DNA from: Octopus sinensis
Taxonomy: Eukaryota
Direction of reading: 5' to 3'
DNA: 10,987 bases
Assembly (NCBI RefSeq): GCF_006345805.1
Contig: NW_021827185.1
Span: 1 to 10,987 of the forward strand
Positions 1 to 8,907 of the stretch are shown here, piece after piece; within the stretch, counting starts at the first letter, position 1; each line of letters opens with the position of its first letter. Both the position numbers and the translations under genes were made by a program. The notes under the pieces are model-generated. The model did no database searches, had not been told where the DNA came from, and saw nothing but the letters and a program-made list of their open reading frames with translations.

Positions 1-50
1 TTTTGTTCGTCCTTCGTGTATTCACGTTATTTATTTATGTAAAGGTTTAT

Positions 51-197
51 TATCTATCATCTATCTATCTATCTATCTATCTATCTATATATCTATCTAT
101 CTATATATATCTATCTATCTATCTATCTATGTAGTCGTCGCTGTCTGTCTTCTGTCTGTCTGTCAATCTATCCGTCCGTCCGTCCGTCCGTCCGTCC

Positions 198-244
<47 letters not shown>

Positions 245-253
245 CGTCCGACC

Positions 254-320
<67 letters not shown>

Positions 321-415
321 CACGTATCTGTCTGCCTGCATGCACACACGCACGCACACACACCTACACACACACACACGCGCGCGCACACACATACACC
401 CCCCCACACACACAC
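51..415. repeat. Compound microsatellite (TCTA)n/(TCTG)n/(TCCG)n followed by a (CA)n-rich tract
   Basis: Directly visible tetranucleotide and dinucleotide runs; explains ORF 200..475. Confidence 0.95.
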
Positions 416-416
416 G

Positions 417-545
417 AGTGCCTGCGTAAAATTGCAGTCTTCCGAATTCTACACCAAAGACATTGTTGTGGCTAGAAAATACTCGCCCAAAATGACGTTC
501 CCTTGCAAATCGAAGTCTTAATCACAAAGCGATAACTGAACCTAT
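417..545 (-). mobile_element. Possible highly decayed CORE-type SINE relic
   Basis: AGAAAATACTCGCCCAAAATG (~474-494) resembles the reverse complement of the CORE motif (AGAAGACACTTGCCCAAGGTG as I recall it); flanks only loosely similar. Confidence 0.3.
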
Positions 546-610
546 CAATAAATTTTACTTTGAATTAAGACAAAGACAATTAAATTCAACAGCGACGATT
601 ATGCAACAAT

Positions 611-611
611 A

Positions 612-676
<65 letters not shown>

Positions 677-699
677 AACTGCTACTGCTGCTGCTGCTG
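611..699. repeat. (CTA)n to (CTG)n trinucleotide microsatellite
   Basis: Directly visible. Confidence 0.95.
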
Positions 700-723
700 G
701 TGGCGAAGGGTCATTAAGATAAT

Positions 724-818
724 CCTTTCTGCTGGAAACACAAGGCCGGAATTTGAACTCAGAACGTAAAGGCAGACAAAATACCGCTGAGCATTTCGCC
801 CGACGTGCTAACGTTTCT
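724..818 (-). mobile_element. Internally deleted, 5'-truncated tRNA-derived SINE (tail type B)
   Basis: The tail remnant CCTTTCTGCTGGAAACACAAGGC joins directly to CGGAATTTGAACTCAGAAC (reverse-complement B box); the central domain seen in the other copies is missing. Confidence 0.85.
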
Positions 819-1050
819 TATTTCTTCATTTCCCACAAGGGGCTAAAGCTAGAAGGGACAAACCAGGACAGACAAACGGATTAAGCCGATTACATCGACC
901 CCAATGCGTAACTGGTACTTAATTTATCGTGCCCGAAAGGATGAAAGCAAAGTCGACCTTGGCGGAATTTGAACTCAGAACGTAACGGCAGACGAAATAC
1001 CACTAAGCATTTCGCCCGGCGTGCTAATCTTTCTGCCAGCTCGCCGCCTT
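819..1050 (-). mobile_element. Full-length tRNA-derived SINE with Nin/Deu-like central domain (tail type A)
   Basis: The minus strand reads GGCGGCGAGCTGGCAGAA (A box) ... GAGTTCAAATTCC (B box) ... GGTCGACTTTGCTTTCATCCTTTCGGG ... TAAGTACCAGTT. It is a close reverse-complement match to the copy at 8948-9176. Confidence 0.92.
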
Positions 1051-1055
1051 GAAGA

Positions 1056-1268
1056 AATATTCTTTTCTATTCTAGGCACAAGGCTCGAAATTTTTGGGGA
1101 GGGAGCCAGTCGATTAGATCGACCGCAGTACGCAACTGGTACTTAATGTATCGACCCCGAAAGGATGAAAGGAAAACTTAACCTCGGCTGCATTTGAACT
1201 CAGAACGTAATGACAGATCGCTAAGCATTTCGCCCGGCGTGCTAACGATTCTGCCAGATCGCCGCCTT
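1056..1268 (-). mobile_element. tRNA-derived SINE, same head and core, tail type B
   Basis: Same A/B boxes and CCTTTCATCCTTTCGGGGTCGAT core; the tail reads CTCCCCAAAAATTTCGAGCCTTGTGCCTAGAATAGAAAAG. Confidence 0.92.
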
Positions 1269-1431
1269 AAAGGTCATTAAAATAATAAAAAGCGGGTTAT
1301 TTAAATCTTCCCGGTCTGCTCCAAATGAAAATGTGATGGGGGCAGGGGGGGCAGGGGTGGTCAACGCTTTGGTGTCAGTTGAAGACTGTGTTTACAGAGT
1401 CAGATTTGGAAATAAATAAACAAGACCATAC

Positions 1432-1432
<1 letters not shown>

Positions 1433-1465
<33 letters not shown>

Positions 1466-1660
1466 CACAACACACACACACACATACACACGCATACACA
1501 GTGCGTGTATATGCGTATGTGTGAGTGTGTATGTATATATTATATATTTATGTATACATACTCACACACACATACACACACATATATGTACACATGTGTG
1601 TGTGTGTGTATATATATGTGTATATATATATGTCTTTACACATATGCGTATACATACGTG
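1433..1660. repeat. Mixed (CA)n/(TG)n/(TA)n low-complexity tract
   Basis: Directly visible. Confidence 0.9.
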
Positions 1661-1697
1661 AATGTAGGTAGACGTACACACAAATATTTAGAAAGGA

Positions 1698-1728
1698 GAA
1701 GAAGAAGAAGAAGAAGAAGAAGAAGAAG

Positions 1729-1757
<29 letters not shown>
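1698..1757. repeat. (GAA)n microsatellite
   Basis: About 20 GAA units with one interruption. Confidence 0.95.
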
Positions 1758-1760
<3 letters not shown>

Positions 1761-2127
1761 ACAGAAATTAAAAGACTAATTTTTAAAAAAAATGTGAGAA
1801 TTAAAACCGCAGTTTCGGTTTATTATCTTTAAGAAGTATATTTGGAACGGTTCTGTGGAATTGGTTAAATCTGAAGTAAAACGACGCCAAAGCTATAAAC
1901 AACAACAGCAGCAGCAGCACTAGCAGCAACAGTGACAAAAACAACAACATTAACAAGAAGAACAAATCTACTTTCTGCATTTAAATGTTATTAAGGAGAA
2001 TTTGGAGAACGTGTGTGTGTGTATGTGTGTGTGTGCGTGCGCGTGTGTGTATGTGTGGAATATTATTAGCAAAACTAAAGAGTATATGTAATGAAACTAG
2101 AGCACTAATACGAACATTAAATGACAG

Positions 2128-2138
2128 CAATAATAATA

Positions 2139-2201
<63 letters not shown>

Positions 2202-2256
2202 ATGATGATGATGATAATAATAATAATATTAACAATAATGATAAAAACAACAAGAT

Positions 2257-2305
<49 letters not shown>

Positions 2306-2325
2306 CAACAACAACAACAACAACA
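2128..2325. repeat. Compound (AAT)n/(GAT)n/(AAT)n/(AAC)n microsatellite
   Basis: Directly visible; explains the poly-D/N/M/I/L ORFs. Confidence 0.95.
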
Positions 2326-3233
2326 AGAAGAGAGCAACAAGATGTTGACAAAGCCCTTACCCATCAATGGTTAATGGCTTCTGGCTTAAAATCAGAAACA
2401 GAAGGGTTTATCATAGCAGCCCAAGATCAATGCCTACCTACAAGAAACTACCAAGCAAACATATTAAAGAACGGCAGGTGCCCAACATGTCGTGTATGTC
2501 GACAACAAAATGAAACCATTGATCATGTTGTCTCCAAGTGCAGTCTTCTTGCACCTACAGAGTATCTCAACAGGCATGATAGAGCAGCACAATATATTCA
2601 CTGGTAATTTGCAAAAACCTGGACCTGTCCCATGATAAAAAACTGGTAGGAACACAAACCACCTCCATTGCTTGAAAATGGTCACATCTCACTCCTCTGG
2701 AATTTCACCATTCAAACTGACAGAAGGATAGATGCGAATAGGCCAGACATTATATTGAAGGACTTCAGACAAAAATCATGCCTCCTTATTGATATGACTA
2801 TCCCAATCGATATAAATCTATCGGTCAAGACCTACCAAAAACCGAGGAAGTGTAAAGATCTTGAAATAGAAATTGGCAAATGTGGAACCTGAAAACTAAA
2901 ACAAGACCTGTTATCATAGGCGCCCTAGGAATGATAGCAAAAGGGGCTGATTTCTACCTAGCTCAGATACCAGGTAACCCCAAAATGGCAGAAATTCAAA
3001 AGATGGTGCTCATAGGAACTACCCATATCCAACGTAAAATAGTGTCTATATAATCTCAAATTTTAAAACAAACTCATAATTTTCTTATGTTTCCTTAAAC
3101 ATTCTCTAGAACAATACGTATAAAACCAAATATATGACACCCTAGGCATAACACCAACATGAACTTCTAACTTGTTGTTTCTGGGTGAGACTTGGAGCCA
3201 GCTTGTACAGATACAAAGCAAAAGTCAAACATA
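2326..3233 (+). mobile_element. 5'-truncated non-LTR retrotransposon of the R4/Dong clade (RLE type) with 3' UTR
   Basis: Encodes a CCHC zinc knuckle, RHD motif and PD..D restriction-like endonuclease. It starts right after (TAA)n/(CAA)n and ends in TAATAATAATA (3234-3244). Confidence 0.88.
2329..3053 (+). pseudogene. Disrupted C-terminus of an RLE retrotransposon ORF (zinc knuckle plus restriction-like endonuclease)
   Basis: Reconstructed as ...LKSETEGFIIAAQDQCLPTRNY...CRVCRQQNETIDHVVSKC...YLNRHD...LLWNFTIQTDRRIDANRPDIIL...LLIDMTIP...DLEIEIGK/MWNLKTKTRPVIIGALG...TTHIQRKIVSI*. Frameshifts near 2605, 2640 and 2879; in-frame TAG at 2647. Confidence 0.9.
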
Positions 3234-3244
3234 TAATAATAATA

Positions 3245-3436
3245 CTTTCCACTGTAGGAACAAGGTCTGAAATTTTGGGGGAGGCGTAAGTCGATGACAT
3301 CGACTCCAGTACTCAACTGGTACTTAATTTATTGACACGAAAGGATGAAAGACAAAGTCGACTCCGGCGGAATTTGAACTCAGAACCGTTAAGCATTTCG
3401 CCTGGCGTGCTAACGTTTCTGCCAGCTCTCCGTCTT
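3245..3436 (-). mobile_element. tRNA-derived SINE, tail type B, short deletion in the head
   Basis: Same B box (GGAATTTGAACTC) and GAAAGGATGAAAG core; the tail matches the 1056 copy. Confidence 0.9.
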
Positions 3437-3439
3437 AAA

Positions 3440-3550
3440 AGCAGCAACGTTAATAACAACTGTTATTGCAACAATAACAACTGTTATTGCAACAATAACA
3501 ACAGCAGCAGCAGCAGCAGCAGCAGAAACAGCAGCAGCAACAACAACAGT
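3440..3550. repeat. CAA/CAG-rich microsatellite with a duplicated 21-mer AATAACAACTGTTATTGCAAC
   Basis: Directly visible. Confidence 0.85.
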
Positions 3551-3756
3551 CTGTAAAAACCAAAAAGGTAAACATTAAAAACCAATCCCACAATTGGATA
3601 AAAATTTTCTTTGTTTCATTTCCTTTCTCTCCCCCACCGCGCTCTCTCTCTCCCTCTCTCTGCCTGGGTCTCTTTATTTTTCTGTCTTTCTCTGTGTCTC
3701 TTACCATATCATCAATCCCGTTAAGTGGTTAAATAGACTAGTTAAGTAAGAAACGC

Positions 3757-4293
3757 GGGAGTCATACGACAAGCGTTGTCATGGTGATTCTAATGAGAAA
3801 AGTAGGAAGTGACATCACAAACGTTCTGATGTTAAATCGTGTCAGAATCACTGGGAGTCAGATCACAACCGTTTCATCGTGACTCTTGTCAAAAATATTG
3901 GAAGTCACAACATAAAAACATATAAAAATCGAGTCGTGACCATTGTTAGGTCTACAAAGAGTTACGTCACAACGTTTTGTTATTATTCCTGTCCGAAACA
4001 CAGTGAGTTACCTTACAAACGTACATTCGACGACTCCTGTCAGAAACACCGAATCGACATCACAAGCGTTCTTTTGGTGACTCCTGTCAGAATCAATGGG
4101 AGTCACAGCAGAAAGGTTCACGTCATAAACTCTTGTCGGTAGGGTGGGGGAACTGTGACTTTTATCACAAATATTATTACGGTGACAGCTGTTAGAAAGA
4201 CTACGGGTCACACCAGAAACACTCTCATGGTGACTCCAATCAGAATCATCACATATGGGAGTCACATCACAAATGTTCTGACAACGACTCCCA
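3757..4293. repeat. Diverged ~48-bp tandem array (~11 units), each unit an imperfect palindrome
   Basis: Consensus about GGGAGTCACATCACAAACGTTCTGATGGTGACTCCTGTCAGAATCACT, recurring near 3757, 3805, 3853, 3900, 3958, 4003, 4050, 4098, 4204 and 4257. Confidence 0.8.
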
Positions 4294-4435
4294 GTTGATG
4301 TAGTACTGCATAAACTATGTCTGGGCAAATAAAAAATAAAATGTGACGGGATGGTCACAACTAGATTGTTTGCTTGATCAGACTGAACAAAATTAAACAT
4401 CAACTGCATTTGTTCTGTTTTCAGTTGTCTGTACC

Positions 4436-4965
4436 ATGGCACTATAATTCAATGTTACTATGACACGGTTGCCTGGACAATAAAATTCAATGTTGCAAGG
4501 ACATTATAATTCAATGTTGCTTGGACACTGTTACCAGGAAACGATAACTTAACGTTGCTAGGACATCCTTGATAGGACATTATCTTTCAATGTTTCTATG
4601 ACACCATCGTTTAATATAGCTATGACGGTGTAATTCAATGTCTCTAGAACACTGTTGCTAGGACATTATTTTTCAATGTTGCTGAGGACACATCATTCTT
4701 TGTAACTGCAACACTGCCATCTGGCTTAATTCAATGTTGCTACAACACTGTAACTGAATGTTGTCAGGACATTATTGGTAAGGTATTTTGCTAGGATACT
4801 ATCGAAGTTACTGTGATACTATACTCTGTAATGCTGTAACACTATCATTTTTATGATGTTATGACGCTATAAATTCAACGTTACTTGAAGATTATCTTTC
4901 AATTTTGCTACAACACTATCATTTAATGTTGCCAAGACTCAATCTTTCAATGCTGCTAGGAGACA
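4436..4965. repeat. Diverged minisatellite of interleaved 24-bp and 14-bp units
   Basis: Long unit AGGACATTATAATTCAATGTTGCT and short unit AGGACACTGTTGCT; more than 20 units in total. Confidence 0.85.
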
Positions 4966-5804
4966 CTCCTCCATTATAAGCTGGTGTTCCATTTGACGAT
5001 GGAATTAAAAAACATCTATAACCAATTTGGAGAATGGCGTTTTGACAGACAAAAGTCTGGTACAGCCCATGATCCGCCTTTACAGAAGTGTATACATCTA
5101 ACGATATACATCTTAGATATAAACTTATAATATTTTATTACAGCGGTCATAACACCAGCACTGTAGTCTGAATGGACTTGAAACGAATTAAAGTAAAATA
5201 AAGTGAACTGATATCAAATAAAATAAAAACGATATGAGGAATAGTAATGGTCGCTCAGTAAGATACAAGCAATGATAAGACGCGCGGATAATATTGCTAA
5301 TACGTTATATTCTATCCATTGGTTGCAGACGATGGCGGGAGCGCGACTGAGTTTGGGCGGTAAAACAATCTTCGAAAGATATAGATGTGTGTTTGTTTAG
5401 AGTATTTTGTGAATACACTCAGCCATGCGTATGGGTACTTGCAAATATGTACATACATATACACACATACACCACCCAATCACTCGGATGCGTGTGCACA
5501 CATGCGCATGCGTCATGCATATACACTCATACGCATAGGCATATGGACGCTATACGCTAACACATATGTATATACATTATACAATCATTTTATTTTTTTC
5601 TGTGAATACTCTTTCCTTATGTAAGCAGCTGCATGCGTGCGTGTGTGTGTGTGTGAAGTTATATACAAAAATAGCTGAACATTAAATTCAAGTATCGGTA
5701 GGGACTTTTTTTTTATCGAGTACTATATTAATTGTCTTTATATTTACAAGGAAAACGTTGACAGTAGCTCCGAAGTTGCAGCTTTACACAAACACTCCCC
5801 ACAC

Positions 5805-5841
5805 GCACGTACACACACATATATATATATATATGTGTGCG

Positions 5842-5875
<34 letters not shown>
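5805..5875. repeat. (CA)n/(TA)n microsatellite
   Basis: Directly visible. Confidence 0.95.
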
Positions 5876-5879
<4 letters not shown>

Positions 5880-6040
5880 TAATCCAAACATGAAAACACA
5901 AAGAGAAAACACGACAACGCGAGGACGTGGAACAAATATAGTACTATTGGACGCTCAGGAAGGAAGGGAAGAAGGAGGGTTTATGTTTCGAGCGGAGCTC
6001 TTCGTCAGAAACATAGGAAAAGGAAAGATCAAGAGAAGGG
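5876..6040 (-). mobile_element. Putative Penelope-like element terminal fragment (pLTR)
   Basis: Contains a hammerhead-like motif, TTCCTGAGCG and a T-rich tail ending at (TA)n; same layout as the units at 6375-6683 and 10625-10987. Confidence 0.7.
5979..6012 (-). ncRNA. Minimal type I hammerhead ribozyme-like motif 1 (stem III and cleavage site degenerate)
   Basis: Minus strand GTTT-CTGACGA-A-GAGC-TCC-GCTC-GAAAC-AT-AAAC: CUGANGA and GAAA cores, stem II GAGC/GCUC, stem I GUUU/AAAC. Confidence 0.7.
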
Positions 6041-6044
6041 ATAT

Positions 6045-6372
6045 ACACACACCAACTAATACATACTAATACGTACTAATACATACTAGTACATACTAAT
6101 ACTTACACCAACCCTATACATACACACGTCCAGACCCCGCATACGCACTTATACTCTCTCACACACACACACACATACCTATACATACCAATACGTACTA
6201 ATACATACTAATACATACTAATACATACACCAACCCCATACATACGCATGTCCAGACCAATCTTACGCACTAATACTCCTCATACACACACCACACACAC
6301 ACACACACCCTTATACATACTAATACATACACCCACCCTATACATACACACATCCAACCCTCCCACGCACTT
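6045..6372. repeat. About 130-bp unit repeated ~2.5 times, with internal 10-bp TACTAATACA repeats and CA tracts
   Basis: Variants of CCCTATACATACACACGTCCAGACC...TACGCAC near 6112, 6235 and 6336. Confidence 0.8.
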
Positions 6373-6374
6373 TT

Positions 6375-6683
6375 AGCTGGTCCCTCAACCCATTTATCAC
6401 CCTATTTCTCCCCTTATTTCGCTCTCGCATCTCATGTTTGATCTTTGACCTCTGGCCGAAATCAGATCGCCATGTTGATTCGTTAGCTACTGCACGCATT
6501 TTTTTTTTCTCCTCCTTCTGTCTGTGTTTTTTTCTCTCTCTGTGTATCTTTCTGTTGAAGAGCGTAGGCTCGAAACGTTAAAGACTTGTTTTATTTATAT
6601 TTCCTGAGCGCCATACTAATACAATTGTTCGTTTGTTTTCCACCTGCCTTCGTCTTTTGTTTATTTTCATAAAGCTTCCCGTT
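6375..6683 (+). mobile_element. Putative Penelope-like element terminal fragment (pLTR)
   Basis: Pyrimidine tract, hammerhead-like motif, TTCCTGAGCG (6601-6610) and a T-rich tail ending at (TA)n. The 5' boundary is uncertain. Confidence 0.7.
6547..6584 (+). ncRNA. Minimal type I hammerhead ribozyme-like motif 2 (A6U core variant)
   Basis: TCTTT-CTGTTGA-A-GAGC-GTAG-GCTC-GAAAC-GTT-AAAGA: 5-bp stem I, 4-bp stem II, palindromic AACGTT in place of stem III, predicted GUU cleavage after 6579. Confidence 0.75.
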
Positions 6684-6730
6684 ATATATATATATATATA
6701 CATACACACATATATAAATATATTTATTAT
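6683..6730. repeat. (TA)n-rich microsatellite
   Basis: Directly visible. Confidence 0.9.
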
Positions 6731-6899
6731 AATAAGGGCTAGGCAAAAGAATTTGCTTCACCACACACCGAACTTTAGAAATAGCCGCCAAAGAATCTAG
6801 TTATTTCTTTACTGTAAGAAAACACTCCCAGACATATATACTCAAACAACAATCACGTAGGCAGAGAAAGAAATAACGAATTCACCCAGAATTTGATTA

Positions 6900-6984
6900 A
6901 CTGGGACGCGTTTCGAAATTAGATAGATATGAAAAATGCAAGAAACACATTTCCATTCTAATCACTTTTCTCTTCAAGCACAGT
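6900..6984 (-). ncRNA. Hammerhead ribozyme-like motif 3 with long stem II
   Basis: Minus strand ACTGTG-CTTGAAGA-[GAA..ATTAGA-ATGGAAATG..CATTTTTCAT..TCTAAT-TTC]-GAAAC-GC-GTC-CCAGT. Palindromic ACGCGT at stem III, GUC triplet, imperfect stem I. Confidence 0.6.
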
Positions 6985-7222
6985 ATTTCAATATATTCTA
7001 ATTGGTAGCACTGAAAGAACTGAACATACCTATCTAACTCCGTAACATCAGACAAATTATATCCATGACCAGTATCGCCGAATTCAAAACATGCGAATGA
7101 GGTCCCGCATTCTCCCCCGTCCACCCACGTATGTTGTCAAGCAAAAATTCTACAGAAAAAAACTGTAGTTTATTATCAGGGAGAGAATTGTATTGTCAAT
7201 AATAATAATAAAGGTCATAACT

Positions 7223-7850
7223 GGTGCTTTTGTGTCTGAAAGAAGTGTTAGAGAAAAAGAGAGAAGGAAAGGAAGGAGAGAAAGAAGAAAAAATTTGTTG
7301 ATGTCTTTGCAGCTGGTCAGTTTGTCAATAACAATCAATTCTTGGCTTTTACCAATGGTAAATCCAGCTGGTCATTCCAAGGGGAGCCAAAAAGTCACTT
7401 TTCAAAAAATTGTCTGGATTTCCTTTTTATCATTGTCTTGTGAGAGGGGTGTGTGTGTATGTGCGTGTGTATGTGTGTGTGTGTGTGGGTGTCTGTGTAT
7501 CTGAAAGAAGTGTTAAATGGGAAAGGGGAATGAAAGGAAGGGGGAGGAGAGAAAGGAGAAAAAATGTGTTTATATTTGTGCAACTGGTCAGTCTTTCAAT
7601 AGTAAATGATTTTTGGCTTTTAGAAATTGGCAAACTCAGCTGGCCACTTCAAAGGGGGTAAAATATCACTTTTCAAAAGATTGTCTGGATTTATTTTTAT
7701 CATTGTTTTGTGTGTGTGTGTGTGTGCGTGTGTGTGTGTGGGTGCCTGTGTATCTGGAAGGAATGTCGCTGGAGAAAGGAAGAAAGAATAAAGAGGGGAA
7801 GAAGAAATAATTATGTTGACAATTTATACCACTGTTCAGTTCTTTCAATT
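7223..7850. repeat. Tandem duplication of a ~255-265-bp unit (~2.4 copies) containing a GA-rich tract and (GT)n
   Basis: CTGAAAGAAGTGTTA at 7236 and 7501, CTGGAAGGAATGT at 7754; shared TCACTTTT..ATTGTCTGGATTT..TTATCATTGT. Confidence 0.9.
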
Positions 7851-7937
7851 CAATGTTTGATTCCTGTGCTGATATGGATTAGAGAATCTGGATGTATGAT
7901 TGTTTTTATTTATGTATATGTACATATGTGTAGTACT

Positions 7938-7950
7938 GTTGTGTGTGTGT

Positions 7951-7986
<36 letters not shown>

Positions 7987-7993
7987 TGTGTGT
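7938..7993. repeat. (GT)n microsatellite
   Basis: Directly visible. Confidence 0.95.
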
Positions 7994-8055
7994 TTAATAC
8001 AATTTACTTTACAAATTTGGTCCTTCATCTAGTACAACTTATTATAGAAATATTT

Positions 8056-8254
8056 TCAGCCATTCAATTTGAGGGAGAACTTTGTTATGAAGTATTTTTC
8101 CATATTCCTCCTGAATGAGGTGTCATTCTTTGGACATTTGTAGAAGGGGAAGATCTTAAATTTTCCTTCTCCACATGTATCTAGGTGTTTACTCAGTGGA
8201 ATCTTGCGCAGTTCCTCCTGTCGAGCATGTTGTCAGTAAATTCTGGCTAGTTGG
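8056..8254 (-). pseudogene. C-terminal fragment of a Penelope-like element GIY-YIG endonuclease
   Basis: My translation (absent from the ORF track) is QLARIY*QHARQEELRKIPLSKHLDTCGEGKFKIFPFYKCPKNDTSFRRNMEKYFITKFSLKLNG*. It shows the pattern PLSxH..C, the catalytic E in RRNME, then YFI and a terminal LN. The GIY-YIG motif itself is lost. Confidence 0.78.
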
Positions 8255-8489
8255 CATATATATATATATGCTATGTAACATTCAGTCTGCTAAAATGAAT
8301 CCATAAACACATATAATATCCAAGGATATATTTTTTCCCCTCTATAGATCATATGCTCAGGTCATATAAATATAAATTTGATATTTACTTAATATATACT
8401 GAGTACTGAAACAGCTGTAAGTGAAGATGATTAATTTGCTGTCAATAACAAAAAAATTAACTCCCTAATCTCCATTTTCGTTTTCTTCT

Positions 8490-8491
<2 letters not shown>

Positions 8492-8521
<30 letters not shown>

Positions 8522-8578
8522 CATACATACATACATACATGCATGCATGCATACATACATACATACATACTACATACA

Positions 8579-8612
<34 letters not shown>

Positions 8613-8665
8613 CATGCATACATATGTATGTATGTATATATATGTTTATATATGTATGTATACAC
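8492..8665. repeat. (TACA)n/(TATG)n microsatellite
   Basis: Directly visible. Confidence 0.95.
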
Positions 8666-8907
8666 GCGCTTGAAAACGCGTTGCCTAACTGTTAGTGTGT
8701 TAGAAATCGAATCGCAAGTTCGTTGCTCCAACCCAGTCAATTGAAAATGAGAACAGCAAGGGTTGAGGGAGAGGGGTATTGTTGAACCTTGCGACAGACT
8801 GGATGAATTATTGCATTGTCGGCTACTTGTGCACAATGAAAACCAAGGTAAGCTCTGACCTAATAAATCTACATATACATACATTTATGAATATATACAC
8901 ATACACG

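Noticed and set aside
1-45. T-rich stretch resembling the tails of the ribozyme-bearing termini
   Set aside because: Too short and cut by the window edge to support a call.
200-2348. ORFs 200..475, 1379..1771, 1985..2260, 2117..2326 and 2121..2348 (and similar CV/HT/YI-rich ORFs later in the window)
   Set aside because: They are translations of microsatellites that lack stop codons; no domain content.
4405-4424. Splice-acceptor-like TTTGTTCTGTTTTCAG
   Set aside because: Followed immediately by minisatellite with stops; no supportable exon.
3879-4442. Overlapping ORFs with an apparent 16-aa SH...VTP repeat
   Set aside because: The same peptide appears on both strands because the DNA unit is palindromic, and indels break the frame between units.
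8664-8682. CTTGAAAACGCGTT resembling a hammerhead 3' half
   Set aside because: No upstream CUGANGA-like core or stem II; preceded directly by microsatellite.
8750-8853. Short open frame ending at a donor-like AAG|GTAAGC
   Set aside because: No clear acceptor and no recognisable peptide (EQQGLRERGIVEPCDRLDELLHCRLLVHNENQ).
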